64,000 bases of DNA from Victivallis vadensis (GCA_040393525.1 JBEBTY010000012.1:15400-79399); one strand, 5' to 3'. Positions 1 through 9,325 are shown, counted from the first letter of the stretch. Made by a program: numbers and translations. Notes: a model not told the origin generated them from the sequence alone.

Positions 1-1246
1 TCATTTCCGGCTCAAACCAGAGGCCGAACTTCAGGCCGAGTTTGTTGACTTCGGCAACCAGATTGGCGAGCCCGCCTTGGAGTTTCGATTCGTAAACGAA
101 CCAGTCGCCGAGGCTGGAATTGTCGGTGTCACGATGGCCGAACCAGCCGTCGTCGAGTACGAGCATCTCAATGCCGAGTTGTGCCGCGTCTTTGGCGATG
201 GCGAGCAGCTTGTCGGTGTCGAAATTAAAATAGGTTGCTTCCCAGTTGTTGACCAGAATCGGGCGCTTGCGGTCCTTCCAGTAACTGCGGATCAGGTGAT
301 CGCGGAAGACGTTGTGATACGTGCGGCTCATCTCTCCAAAACCGTTGGCGGAGTAAACCAGCAGCGCTTCGGGGGCGGAAAAGGATTCGCCGGGGGCGAG
401 TTTCCAGGTGAATGTCCGTTCGTTGATTCCGGTCTGGACACGCAGGTTGTTGAACTGGTCGAGTTCCACTTCCGTGGCGAAGTTCCCGCTGTAGAGCAAC
501 GCGAAGCCGTAGACGTCGCCGGATTCTTCCGTGGCGTGCGGATTCGCCAGCGCGACAAACGGATTCTGCTGGTGACTGGAGAGGCCGCGTACCGATTCGA
601 TCACTGTCCGGGTGTGGGACAGGCGGTTGCGCTCAATCGCGCGTTCACGTCCCCAGGCGCCGGGAAGACTGATCAGCTCAAAATTTCCATGCGGAAAGTC
701 GATCGAGGCGCTGGAAAGTTTTTCCAGCCGCACCGTTTCGAGCGAATGATTGATCGCCTTGACTGAACGGGCGATGGCGCTGTGCTTCTCAAATACGCTG
801 TAAGAAAGAAGATATTCCATATTGCCGGCTTCGTCGTAGAGCGAAATTTCCAACGTTTCGACTTCATCCTCTTTGCCGAAGGTGGCGGGCAGTCCGGCGA
901 TGGCCGGTTTCCCTTTGAAAATCCGGTGCGAACGGTATTTGAAGTCGGTGACGCAGTGACCGTTTTCCTGCCGGGCAATGGCGGAAGGGGCGCGATAATC
1001 GCCGACGCCGTTCGTTCCGAATTCCTGCTGGATCACGTCGCGTGACTCCAGAGCGGTGGTTCCCGGTGCGGAAGGCGAAAATGCCCGGTCGCCCGGCCGG
1101 TAAAGATAGGCAAGCGCATCGGAGCTGATGTAACCGCCGTAATGCAAATGGGCAAGATAACCGTTCGGCTCGATCAGGAAGGCGTAAGTGGAGTTCCCCG
1201 CATCGAGCTTGAAGATTTGGCTCTGCTTATTAAATGAAATCGGCAT
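1..1246 (-). CDS. Alpha-galactosidase, GH36 (partial; runs off the left edge)
   Basis: Missing from the ORF track and translated by hand from ATG at 1246: MPISFNKQSQIFKLDAGNSTYAF...RPILVNNWEATYFNFD...EMLVLDDGWFG...FGLWFEPEM. These are GH36 motifs. Confidence 0.92.
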   Translation of the reverse strand, partial: MPISFNKQSQIFKLDAGNSTYAFLIEPNGYLAHLHYGGYISSDALAYLYRPGDRAFSPSAPGTTALESRDVIQQEFGTNGVGDYRAPSAIARQENGHCVTDFKYRSHRIFKGKPAIAGLPATFGKEDEVETLEISLYDEAGNMEYLLSYSVFEKHSAIARSVKAINHSLETVRLEKLSSASIDFPHGNFELISLPGAWGRERAIERNRLSHTRTVIESVRGLSSHQQNPFVALANPHATEESGDVYGFALLYSGNFATEVELDQFNNLRVQTGINERTFTWKLAPGESFSAPEALLVYSANGFGEMSRTYHNVFRDHLIRSYWKDRKRPILVNNWEATYFNFDTDKLLAIAKDAAQLGIEMLVLDDGWFGHRDTDNSSLGDWFVYESKLQGGLANLVAEVNKLGLKFGLWFEPEM

Positions 1247-1407
1247 ATTGATTTTCCTGTAAATTTAGCTCAATGTTAAAAATAGTAATATATCCCTTCG
1301 GTATCGAGATTGCAACCTGAAAAAAATCCGTTCAAAAAAGTAGTCATGAAATCGACGTTCCGTCGTTTTTCTTTTCGGGATATGCTATATTATGGAAACG
1401 GAACAGT

Positions 1408-3093
1408 ATGTCATTTGAGCAGGAACGGAACGACAATATGAATCGCGACACGGTTTTGCAGCAGGCCATGGATTTCATGGAGAAGGAAACGCAATTTCAC
1501 CTCGGGTTTCTTCCGACCGAACAGTCGAATCCGTTGTCGCGGACACTGGAGGCGGATTTCAAGACCTCCGGCGCGCGCGGTGTCGCGACGCTTCAGCGGG
1601 TGGATCGCGAGGTGTTGCCGATGGCGGAACGGATGTTGAATTCCGAATCCTTCCAGCGCATGGTGGAGATTGGCGGAAGAACCGTGCGCGGCGGGGGGAA
1701 GATCGTCTGCTCCGGCTGCGGTGCTACCGGGCGCCTGAGTATTTTACTGGAGTGCATGTGGCGCAAGTATTGCACGGAGAACCCGGCTGCGGCGAAGTAT
1801 GCCGATTCGCTGGAGAGTATTATGACCGGCGGCGATTTTGCGCTGATTCGTTCCGTGGAATTTTTCGAGGATTACGCTGTTTTCGGCCGTCGCCAGGTAC
1901 GGGACGCTGGAATGGGGGAGGGCGATATGCTGATCGCCATCACCGAAGGCGGAGAAACCTCTTCCGTGCTCGGCACGGCGGAGGAGGCGCTGTCGTGCGG
2001 TGCGGCGGTGTTTCTGCTCTTCAACAATCCGGCGGAGTTACTGTGTGAGCATTTGGAGCGCTCCCGGTCGGTGATCCGCAATCCGAATTGCTGCGTGTTG
2101 GATCTCTCCTGCGGCCCCATGGCACTGGCCGGGTCGACCCGAATGCAGGCGACGACTTCGGAGCAACTGGTGGCGGGAGCGGCGTTGGAGTCGATTCTCC
2201 GTAATCTCTTCGATGAAGAGCATCCGTCCGTTGCGACGGAGTTCCATATGCTTCTCGATGCGATGGAACGTCCTGAAATCGTGAGCATGATTGCCGATTA
2301 CATCGAGTTTGAGGCCGCGGTTTACCGGAGCGGCGGAAAGATCACCTATTTTGCCGATGACTTTCTGTTGGATATCTTTACAGATACCACCGAGCGTTCC
2401 CCCACCTTTATGCTTCCGCCGTTCCGTCGCCGCGACGATCACAGCACGCCGGAGCCATGGGCGTTTGTCAAGAATCCCCGGTTCGACACTCCGGAAACGT
2501 GGCGGCGTGAGATGTGTCGCAATGTTCGCTGTCTGGAATGGACGGCCGACGATTATCGCGCGATGAATGCGCCGGAGAAGGTGATCTTGCAGCCTCCTGC
2601 GATTCGTGCCGCGGATCTGCTGGCCATTCCGGTTGGCAACGAAGACATGCCGGAGCGCTATGCTTCCGCATCGGACACCGCCGTTCTGGTTTCGTTCGGT
2701 CGCAACGAAGCGCTGGAACGTGCGTTTGAAGCCCGGTTCGCCGGGAAATTCCAGACCGTAAAACGGATCGATCTGGAACTCCTGCTTCCCTTCGTTCCGA
2801 AGAATTCCGTGTTGGAACTGATGCGGCACATGGCCATCAAGCTCTTCTGGAACACCGTTTCCACCGGGTGCATGACCCGCCTGGGACGGGTGACCGGGAA
2901 CTGGATGAGCTGGGTCAACGTCAGCAACAAAAAGTTGATGGATCGCGGAATCCGGCTGGTTTCTGAAATCGGCGGCGTGGACTACCGGACGGCCTGCATC
3001 GCTGTGTTTGAAGCGGTCGAAGCATTGAAAACACGCCCGGAGGATCGCCGCTCCCCCGTACAATATGCGTTGGAATCCTTGCGCAACCGGTGA
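1408..3093 (+). CDS. MurQ / glucokinase-regulatory-protein-like SIS-domain protein (561 aa)
   Basis: Motifs LPTEQSNP, GCGATGRLS, GSTRMQATT, NTVST and SNKKLMDRGIRLV match MurQ/GKRP. It is about twice the length of canonical MurQ. Confidence 0.7.
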   Translation: MSFEQERNDNMNRDTVLQQAMDFMEKETQFHLGFLPTEQSNPLSRTLEADFKTSGARGVATLQRVDREVLPMAERMLNSESFQRMVEIGGRTVRGGGKIVCSGCGATGRLSILLECMWRKYCTENPAAAKYADSLESIMTGGDFALIRSVEFFEDYAVFGRRQVRDAGMGEGDMLIAITEGGETSSVLGTAEEALSCGAAVFLLFNNPAELLCEHLERSRSVIRNPNCCVLDLSCGPMALAGSTRMQATTSEQLVAGAALESILRNLFDEEHPSVATEFHMLLDAMERPEIVSMIADYIEFEAAVYRSGGKITYFADDFLLDIFTDTTERSPTFMLPPFRRRDDHSTPEPWAFVKNPRFDTPETWRREMCRNVRCLEWTADDYRAMNAPEKVILQPPAIRAADLLAIPVGNEDMPERYASASDTAVLVSFGRNEALERAFEARFAGKFQTVKRIDLELLLPFVPKNSVLELMRHMAIKLFWNTVSTGCMTRLGRVTGNWMSWVNVSNKKLMDRGIRLVSEIGGVDYRTACIAVFEAVEALKTRPEDRRSPVQYALESLRNR

Positions 3094-3102
3094 AGAAGAC
3101 AG

Positions 3103-3142
3103 AAAAACGGGGAGTGACTTGTTGTCAACCCCCCGTTTTTTT
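3103..3142. terminator. Bidirectional intrinsic terminator
   Basis: AAAAACGGGG...CCCCGTTTTTTTT hairpin between convergent genes. Confidence 0.75.
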
Positions 3143-3154
3143 TGCGATCAGAGA

Positions 3155-3526
3155 TCAGATATCCACCGTCTTGCCGCCTTGCTTCTTCTCGATGCGGTAT
3201 TGCGTGTAGAATGGGTTCCCCCAGCCGACCAGCTTGCCGTCTTCAAATACGACCGGCATACACTCGTCTTCTGTGTTCAACCCATCCATCCAGACCGTCT
3301 GGGTGAAGTAGTACCAGACGTCGGGTGTGGCAAACGTGGCGCCTGCCAACGGCTGTCCCATTACTTCGAGCACTTCGTTCTTGGTCATTGCGACCCTGAG
3401 TTTTTTCGAGTTCTCGATGTTGTAGGCCGCTTCATTCCACGGCAGGAGCGTGCAACCGGCCGAAAGGCCGACCAACAGCGCCATCGCCGTGCCGAAAAAA
3501 AATCGACGGAAAACAGTCATATCCAC
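3155..3526 (-). CDS. DUF3192 / BamE-SmpA-like lipoprotein
   Basis: Lipobox LSAGC; motifs MTKNEVLEVMGQP and DGLNTEDECMPVVFEDGKLVGWG. Confidence 0.7.
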   Translation of the reverse strand: MDMTVFRRFFFGTAMALLVGLSAGCTLLPWNEAAYNIENSKKLRVAMTKNEVLEVMGQPLAGATFATPDVWYYFTQTVWMDGLNTEDECMPVVFEDGKLVGWGNPFYTQYRIEKKQGGKTVDI

Positions 3527-3538
3527 TCCGTGCCGCGC

Positions 3539-3700
3539 TTAATCCAGCGGTGAAAATTCGCTTTTGCCTGCTCCGCATTCCGGGCAGAGCCAATCTTCCG
3601 GAATATCTTCAAAGGCGGTTCCGGCCGCAACGCCATTGTCGGGGTCGCCAACGGCGGGATCATAGATATAACCGCAAACATCACATACATACTTTTTCAT
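3539..3700 (-). CDS. rub: Rubredoxin (53 aa, below the ORF-track cutoff)
   Basis: Hand translation [53 protein letters not shown]; two CxxCG motifs. Confidence 0.97.
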   Translation of the reverse strand: MKKYVCDVCGYIYDPAVGDPDNGVAAGTAFEDIPEDWLCPECGAGKSEFSPLD

Positions 3701-3729
3701 TTTTGCTCTCCTCTTTGTTCGGATTTGTT

Positions 3730-4941
3730 TTACTTGACCCGCTCCAGAAGGAGCTTGCCCAGTTTCTCGCCGACTTCCGACATGCGTTTCATGTCTTCCG
3801 CCGTAGGCATGTACTTTATCTGAAACAGTTCATTCGGCTGTTCCATCCCCATCGCTTCCAGTTCGGCGGCGATCTGTTTGGCGCCTTCGCCGCTCCAGCC
3901 GTAGGAGCCGAACGCGAAGCCGATTTTGTTTTTCGGGCGAAGCCCTTTTACATAGCAGATGGCGTCGGCCATCTGCGGAAACATCTGGTTATTCATCGTC
4001 GGTGCTCCGAACGCAACCAGGCCGCAGTCGATGATCTCGGTCATCACTTCGCTGCGATCGCTTACCGTGAGATCCAATACTTTGACTTCGACGCCGGTGG
4101 AGCGGATGCCGTCCATCAGCGCGTTTGCCAAGCGCTCCGTCGAATGCCACATGGTCGAATAAACGATTACCGCACGCGGTTTCGGCAACTGCTCGGAGCA
4201 TTCGCGATAGAGGTCGATGATCCATTTGATATCTTCCGGCCGCCGCCAAATCGGACCGTGGTCGGGGGCGACGATTTCGATATCGAGATTGAGATCGGGC
4301 AGGGAGGTCAACAGCTCTTTCACCTTCGGAGAAAGGTGATTGAGAATGTTGGCATAGTATTTACGCGCTTCATGATCCAGCACATACGGCGCATATTCCT
4401 CGCCGAAACGCTGGCTGCCCGCCAAGTGCATGCCGAACGCATCCTGCGAGAACAGGAGCTTCTCCGTATCGAGGTAAGTGAACATGCTGTCCGGCCAATG
4501 AAGCATCTTGGTTTCGACAAACGCAAGGTTGCTTTTTCCGGTACAGATCGACTCCCCGGTTTTGACTTCCGTGATGTCCAGTTCTGGATAATAGGCGGCC
4601 AGGGTTTTTTTGCCGAGCGGGGAGGCGAACACTTTTTCCGGTTTGAGCGCGGCGATGGTCGCCGGGAGCCCGCCGGAGTGATCCGGTTCCGCATGGTTTG
4701 AAACAATATAATCAACCTTGGTCAAATCGCCGATCACTGAACGGATGCGGGCAAAAAGCTCTTCGACGAACGGTCCTTTGACCGAGTCGATCAGCGTGAT
4801 TTTTTCATCGATAACCAGAAACGCGTTGTACGTGGAACCGCGTCCGGTCTCGTAACCGTGAAAGTTACGGATGTTCCAATCGATCGCACCGACCCAGTAG
4901 ACTTTGTCGGTGACTTTAACTGCCTTGTAATATTCTTCCAT
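3730..4941 (-). CDS. fprA: Flavodiiron protein (FprA family O2/NO reductase)
   Basis: Metallo-beta-lactamase motifs [27 protein letters not shown]; C-terminal flavodoxin ([18 protein letters not shown]). Confidence 0.93.
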   Translation of the reverse strand: MEEYYKAVKVTDKVYWVGAIDWNIRNFHGYETGRGSTYNAFLVIDEKITLIDSVKGPFVEELFARIRSVIGDLTKVDYIVSNHAEPDHSGGLPATIAALKPEKVFASPLGKKTLAAYYPELDITEVKTGESICTGKSNLAFVETKMLHWPDSMFTYLDTEKLLFSQDAFGMHLAGSQRFGEEYAPYVLDHEARKYYANILNHLSPKVKELLTSLPDLNLDIEIVAPDHGPIWRRPEDIKWIIDLYRECSEQLPKPRAVIVYSTMWHSTERLANALMDGIRSTGVEVKVLDLTVSDRSEVMTEIIDCGLVAFGAPTMNNQMFPQMADAICYVKGLRPKNKIGFAFGSYGWSGEGAKQIAAELEAMGMEQPNELFQIKYMPTAEDMKRMSEVGEKLGKLLLERVK

Positions 4942-4964
4942 AAGATTTACCCGGAAACGCTTTC

Positions 4965-4983
4965 TTATTACATGATGTAATAA
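4965..4983. promoter_or_regulatory. Perfect 9-1-9 palindrome, candidate Fur/PerR-family operator
   Basis: TTATTACAT-G-ATGTAATAA, 24-42 bp upstream of the fprA start. Confidence 0.55.
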
Positions 4984-5044
4984 ATATAACGCCGGAAACA
5001 GCCGTGTCCAGCTCTCTCCGGCGTTTCAGTTTGAAAAAATACGA

Positions 5045-5431
5045 TTATTTCTTCCAGAGGCCGTGCAAATTGCAGTATTCGCGAACCACAAGTCCTGGCT
5101 GGTTCGATACATAGAACGCAGCCTGCGGTTTATCGCCCGGCTTCAGGTAATAACGGTTGACATAGCTGCCGTTTTCGACTTCAATCCATTCGATGTAGTG
5201 TTTTTCCTCCATCGGGTGCTCGATTTCGCCGACTTTGACCAGAATGCCTTCATTCTGTACTTCAATAACAGGAACGTGCTTCTCGCGCGAAGCGTCGACT
5301 GTTCCTTCAATCAGAGCTGCCATCGGTGCGCCGCAATGAGCGGGGGCCTCCTGGGTCTTCCCGGCGTCGAGCGCCTGAATGACCATGCCGCATGCCGCAC
5401 ACTTCAGAAACTGCTTTTTTTCAACCTGCAT
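5045..5431 (-). CDS. dfx: Desulfoferrodoxin / superoxide reductase
   Basis: KCAACG...HCG N-terminal site and EKHVP, HPM, HYIEWI, EYCNLHGLWK. Start placed at MQVEKK (5431), behind GAGGAG. Confidence 0.93.
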   Translation of the reverse strand: MQVEKKQFLKCAACGMVIQALDAGKTQEAPAHCGAPMAALIEGTVDASREKHVPVIEVQNEGILVKVGEIEHPMEEKHYIEWIEVENGSYVNRYYLKPGDKPQAAFYVSNQPGLVVREYCNLHGLWKK

Positions 5432-5447
5432 TTTCTCCGTCTCCTCT

Positions 5448-5837
5448 TCATTGGTGTTGCTTGCACTGATCACACTTCCCGTTCAACTCAAGGTGGAACG
5501 AGTCGCACTTCAATTGCTCCATAATGGCATACATTTCACGATTTACTCCGGTAAAAACCGTCGACGCAAGATCAGTGACCGCGCCGCATTCAGTACATCG
5601 CATATGATGGTGTATGGAGAGGTCGCCGTCGAACCGCTTCTGCTTTCCCGCAATCTCCAATTTGCGGATGATGCCGACCAGAGACATTTGCTCGAGATTT
5701 CGATAAACGGTTCCAAGGCTGATATTCGGCATTTTAATGCGCAGCATAGCGTACAACTCGTCCGCGGTGGGATGAGATTTGACAGAACGAAGTTCCTTGA
5801 GGATCGCTTCCCGCTGTGCTGTGCGATTCATTTTCAT
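5448..5837 (-). CDS. Fur-family regulator, probably PerR
   Basis: HPTADELY, SLGTVYRNL, HHHMRCTECG, CDQC; first gene of the dfx/fprA/rub operon. The start is uncertain (5831/5837/5858). Confidence 0.9.
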   Translation of the reverse strand: MKMNRTAQREAILKELRSVKSHPTADELYAMLRIKMPNISLGTVYRNLEQMSLVGIIRKLEIAGKQKRFDGDLSIHHHMRCTECGAVTDLASTVFTGVNREMYAIMEQLKCDSFHLELNGKCDQCKQHQ

Positions 5838-5859
5838 AATATTGCATCCTCTGTTCACA

Positions 5860-5918
5860 ATTGAGAATCATTACTTCTTTTTCCATAATAATATATTATT
5901 GTTGTCAATGCGATACAA
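5860..5918 (-). promoter_or_regulatory. Promoter of the perR operon with Fur-box-like sequence
   Basis: Minus strand TTGTAT (5913-5918), 17 bp, TATATT (5890-5895); palindrome AATAATATATTATT at 5887-5900; GTAATGATTCTCAATTG just upstream of the gene resembles a Fur box. Confidence 0.45.
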
Positions 5919-6047
5919 GTTAGTTTTCATAAAAAAACGGCTTTTTCAGTTGAAACCTTCGGCAGCATCGCTATATTACTCTCGATATCTGGTAGAGTTA
6001 GTGAAAAATTAAGGAGTTGCGAAACTTTCAATCAGGAGGATGTTACG

Positions 6048-7409
6048 ATGATCAGCAAAGAAGAACTCATGCCGTTAGAGCAAGAACTCAATTCGCCGCA
6101 GCGTTCCGTCCGTAAAAACGCGCTGGCCGAAATCGCGGAACTCTGCCGCAGTCGGAAGATCCCGCTGGAGCCGGTCGGTATGCTGCACAACATGCACTGT
6201 CATACCTGTTATAGTTATAACGGCTATGGCTATGCTCCCTCTTTTATCGCTTATCTGGCGAAGAAATCCGGTTGGCTTGCCGCCGGAATCATTGACTTCG
6301 ACGTGCTTGACGCGGTGGGGGAGTTCCGGGAGAGCGCCGAAGAACTTGACATCAATTATTCCTGCGGCATCGAAACCCGTGTATTCATCCGGGAACTTGC
6401 CGATGCGGTGATCAACTCTCCCGGAGAGCCGGGGGTGGCTTATCACCTCGGACTTGGCTTCGATACGGATGAGATTCCGCCTTATGTTCGGGATTTTTCG
6501 CTTGACATGCGTTCTCAGGCTTCCGGGCGCATCCGGCAGATTATCGACCGGGTCAACGATGTGCTCGACCCGGTTCGGCTCGACTTTGATGCGGATGTCG
6601 CCACGCTGACCCCCGCCGGGAACGCCACTGAGCGCCATCTTTGCCGGGCGTATCGGGAGAAGGCGGAGCAACTCTTCCCGAAGCACGACGCGTTGGCGAA
6701 ATTCTGGGGCGAGAAACTTGAGATGAAAGCGGCGGACGCAGAGAAAATTGTCACTGATCCGGTGAAATTGGAGGCGAAGATCCGCTCCAAGACGATGAAG
6801 AAAGGCGGTGCGGGCTATATCGCTCCGACTGAGAAGACGTTTCCGCCGCTGGAGGAGTTCAATCAGTTTATTCTCGCCTGTGGCGCGATTCCGACCATTG
6901 CGTGGCTGAACGGATTGTCTGCCGGAGAGGCGGATGTCGATCAATTGCTGGATCTTCATATCCGGAAGGGCGCCGCTATGCTGAACATCATTCCGGACCG
7001 CAACTGTTTCCCGGACGATCCGCGCCGCACCGCTCGCCATGTGGCCGAACTGGATCGGGTCATTGCCGCGTGCATGGAGCGCGATCTCCCGGTGGTAATC
7101 GGTACGGAGATGAATGCTCCCGGACTCAAGCATGTCGACGACCTTGGCTGTGACGGGTTGCGCAAACATGCCGATACTTTTGTTGCCGGCGCGCGGATTT
7201 TGACCGGGCATACGCTGTTTGCAAAGTTGAATCGCGGATATTTAAGTGAGTGGGCTGAGCAGGAGCTTCCGGATCGGGCGGAGCGCAACCGCTTCTATGC
7301 CCGTCTCGGCGAGTGTTTGTCGCCATCCCGTTTCGAGACGATTTATGATTGGCCGGTCGATGTCGAAAAAGTGAAAAATATTCTGGACGGAATCGATCCG
7401 AATGCCTGA
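6048..7409 (+). CDS. PHP-domain metallo-phosphoesterase-like protein
   Basis: HNMHCHTCYSYNG, AGIIDFD and GIE PHP motifs; RBS CAGGAGG. Confidence 0.7.
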   Translation: MISKEELMPLEQELNSPQRSVRKNALAEIAELCRSRKIPLEPVGMLHNMHCHTCYSYNGYGYAPSFIAYLAKKSGWLAAGIIDFDVLDAVGEFRESAEELDINYSCGIETRVFIRELADAVINSPGEPGVAYHLGLGFDTDEIPPYVRDFSLDMRSQASGRIRQIIDRVNDVLDPVRLDFDADVATLTPAGNATERHLCRAYREKAEQLFPKHDALAKFWGEKLEMKAADAEKIVTDPVKLEAKIRSKTMKKGGAGYIAPTEKTFPPLEEFNQFILACGAIPTIAWLNGLSAGEADVDQLLDLHIRKGAAMLNIIPDRNCFPDDPRRTARHVAELDRVIAACMERDLPVVIGTEMNAPGLKHVDDLGCDGLRKHADTFVAGARILTGHTLFAKLNRGYLSEWAEQELPDRAERNRFYARLGECLSPSRFETIYDWPVDVEKVKNILDGIDPNA

Positions 7410-7430
7410 TTCCCGTAACTCGTTCATGGG

Positions 7431-7458
7431 CCGGAGGCTGTCCGCCTCCGGTTTTTTT
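7431..7458 (+). terminator. Intrinsic terminator
   Basis: CCGGAGGC-tgtcc-GCCTCCGG followed by a T7 tract. Confidence 0.8.
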
Positions 7459-7590
7459 ATGGGTTGACAGTTCTCGTTTTGTCAAGTTTTTTTTCCGCCT
7501 TTTTTTCTTGAAAAGATCCTGTTTTCGATTTGAATTATCGGAGTATGGCGGCTAAATTGATCTCTGTTGCGGCTCAAGCCAAAGAGGCGG

Positions 7591-7623
7591 GTTGTTAATA
7601 AGTTGTTGATAGGTTGTCAATGG
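7591..7623. repeat. Three tandem 11-bp degenerate repeats resembling DnaA boxes
   Basis: GTTGTTAATAA / GTTGTTGATAG / GTTGTCAATGG, about 190 bp upstream of dnaA. Confidence 0.45.
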
Positions 7624-7814
7624 TCCGGAGGGGAGAAATTCCGCTCAAAACCGGGAAAATCCTTCTTATGAAAGGGTTCCCCGCAAGAGAGGAATGGCAT
7701 CGTGTGTGATCGCTCTCCGGCACGTATTGAATTCATTTTAAAGGCAGTCGCGTCGATGAAGAAGGGGCTGCTTTCAAAATGGATTTGACGCAGTAAAACA
7801 GGTAGTGAAGTGTT

Positions 7815-9200
7815 ATGGATTCGCAAGTGAACAGCGTGGCAGAAATCTGGTCTGTCGCCGCAAACCGACTGAAGGAACAGAATAAACATCTGTATCGTCA
7901 GTGGTTTCGGAAAATTACGCCGCTTGCCGTAGAGGGTGAAGCTCTCCGGCTCGGCGTGTCCGACGACTTTTTTGCCAGCATTATTGAAGATCAGTACGAT
8001 GATCTCATGCTGGGGGCGCTTGTTGGAATCGATGGCGTGAATTACCGTTATGTTCTGGAAGCGGGGCATGAACCACTTCCTGCCGATGACAGCGCATCAG
8101 CGGCCAAGACGGTCAAGGCGGAGTCGGCGGAGAAGAAATCCGTTGCCCGTCGGGATGGCGCCGCCAAAAACTGCCTGGAAGAACACACGTTTGAAAATTT
8201 TGTAGTTGGCGCCGAAAACCGTTTCGGTTATGCCGCGGCGCGGGCCGTGGCGGAAGCGCCGGGCAAGGTTTACAACCCGCTGTTTCTTTACGGGGTAAGC
8301 GGAGTGGGTAAAACGCACTTGCTTCATGCGATCGCTTCCACGGTCTATCGCAACTCCGCCAAGGCGGTGGTGCGGACGACGACCTGTGATGAATTGCTGA
8401 ATGATTTTTACTACAATCTGCTGGATAAGAAAAATCTGACCGCGTTCCGTTCCAAACTGCGCGAAGTCGACGTTCTGCTGATCGACGACGTTCAGATGCT
8501 TTCCGGAAAAACGCAGATGCAAGTGGAATTTTTCAACGTATTCAACATGCTTTATAATCAGCACAAGCAAATCGTGCTGACTTCCGACCGGCAACCGTGC
8601 GAAATCGCCGATCTCGACAAGCGGCTGGAAACCCGCTTCGAGCAGGGGATGACCGCCGAAGTCTGCCCGCCGGAATATGAGGCGCGCCTTTCCATCCTGA
8701 AGATGATGCGCAGCGAAACGCTGGTTCATACTTCGCTGGATGATTCTCTGCTGGAATTCCTGGCGTCAAGTATTTCGTCGAATGTACGGAGATTGCGCGG
8801 CGCGTTTATTCGTCTTGCTTCCTACGCTTCGTTCAGCGGACGCGGGAAACTGGAGATCGAACATGCCGAGGAGTTGCTTCAGAGCCAGTTGGCACAGGAG
8901 AGTTCGGCGCGTGATATCTCGATTGAATCGATCCAGCGTACTGTGGCCGCTCATTTCGGTGTAACGCTCGAAGATATTCTGGGTGAAAAACGCAACCGGG
9001 GAATTGCCGAGCCGCGCATGATCGCCATGTTCCTCTGCCGTGAGTTGACGCCGAGCTCCTCCAACGAGGTCGGCAGTGCGTTCGGGCGCAACCATGCGAC
9101 CGTGCTGCATGCCGAAAAGCGCGTTCCATCCCTCAGTGAGGACAATGAAGGCATCCGGCGCGCGATCTCGCAGATTCGTCGTCAACTTCAACGCAGCTGA
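7815..9200 (+). CDS. dnaA: Chromosomal replication initiator DnaA
   Basis: YNPLFLYGVSGVGKTHLLHA, DVLLIDDVQ, TSDR, RLETRFEQG, SNVRRLRGA, and domain IV PRMIAMFLCRELT...GRNHATV. Confidence 0.96.
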   Translation: MDSQVNSVAEIWSVAANRLKEQNKHLYRQWFRKITPLAVEGEALRLGVSDDFFASIIEDQYDDLMLGALVGIDGVNYRYVLEAGHEPLPADDSASAAKTVKAESAEKKSVARRDGAAKNCLEEHTFENFVVGAENRFGYAAARAVAEAPGKVYNPLFLYGVSGVGKTHLLHAIASTVYRNSAKAVVRTTTCDELLNDFYYNLLDKKNLTAFRSKLREVDVLLIDDVQMLSGKTQMQVEFFNVFNMLYNQHKQIVLTSDRQPCEIADLDKRLETRFEQGMTAEVCPPEYEARLSILKMMRSETLVHTSLDDSLLEFLASSISSNVRRLRGAFIRLASYASFSGRGKLEIEHAEELLQSQLAQESSARDISIESIQRTVAAHFGVTLEDILGEKRNRGIAEPRMIAMFLCRELTPSSSNEVGSAFGRNHATVLHAEKRVPSLSEDNEGIRRAISQIRRQLQRS

Positions 9201-9237
9201 GCAATCTGATTCGATCTCTCTGAAATACAGCACTTGT

Positions 9238-9272
9238 ACCCGTAGTCGGAAACGACTGCGGGTGTTTTTTTT
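9238..9272 (+). terminator. dnaA intrinsic terminator
   Basis: ACCCGTAGTCG-gaaa-CGACTGCGGGT followed by a T tract. Confidence 0.8.
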
Positions 9273-9276
9273 GCAT

Positions 9277-9310
9277 AAAAAATCCCCGGAACCGCAAGAT
9301 TCCGGGGATC
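9277..9310 (-). terminator. Terminator of the convergent oxidoreductase operon
   Basis: AAAAAA-TCCCCGGAA...TTCCGGGGA hairpin. Confidence 0.7.
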
Positions 9311-9325
9311 GTCGCAATGGAGTCG

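Noticed and set aside
77-1045. Plus-strand ORFs of 229 and 87 aa
   Set aside because: Antisense shadows of the GH36 gene on the minus strand.
3550-4701. 383-aa plus-strand ORF
   Set aside because: Shadow of fprA and rubredoxin; no motifs.
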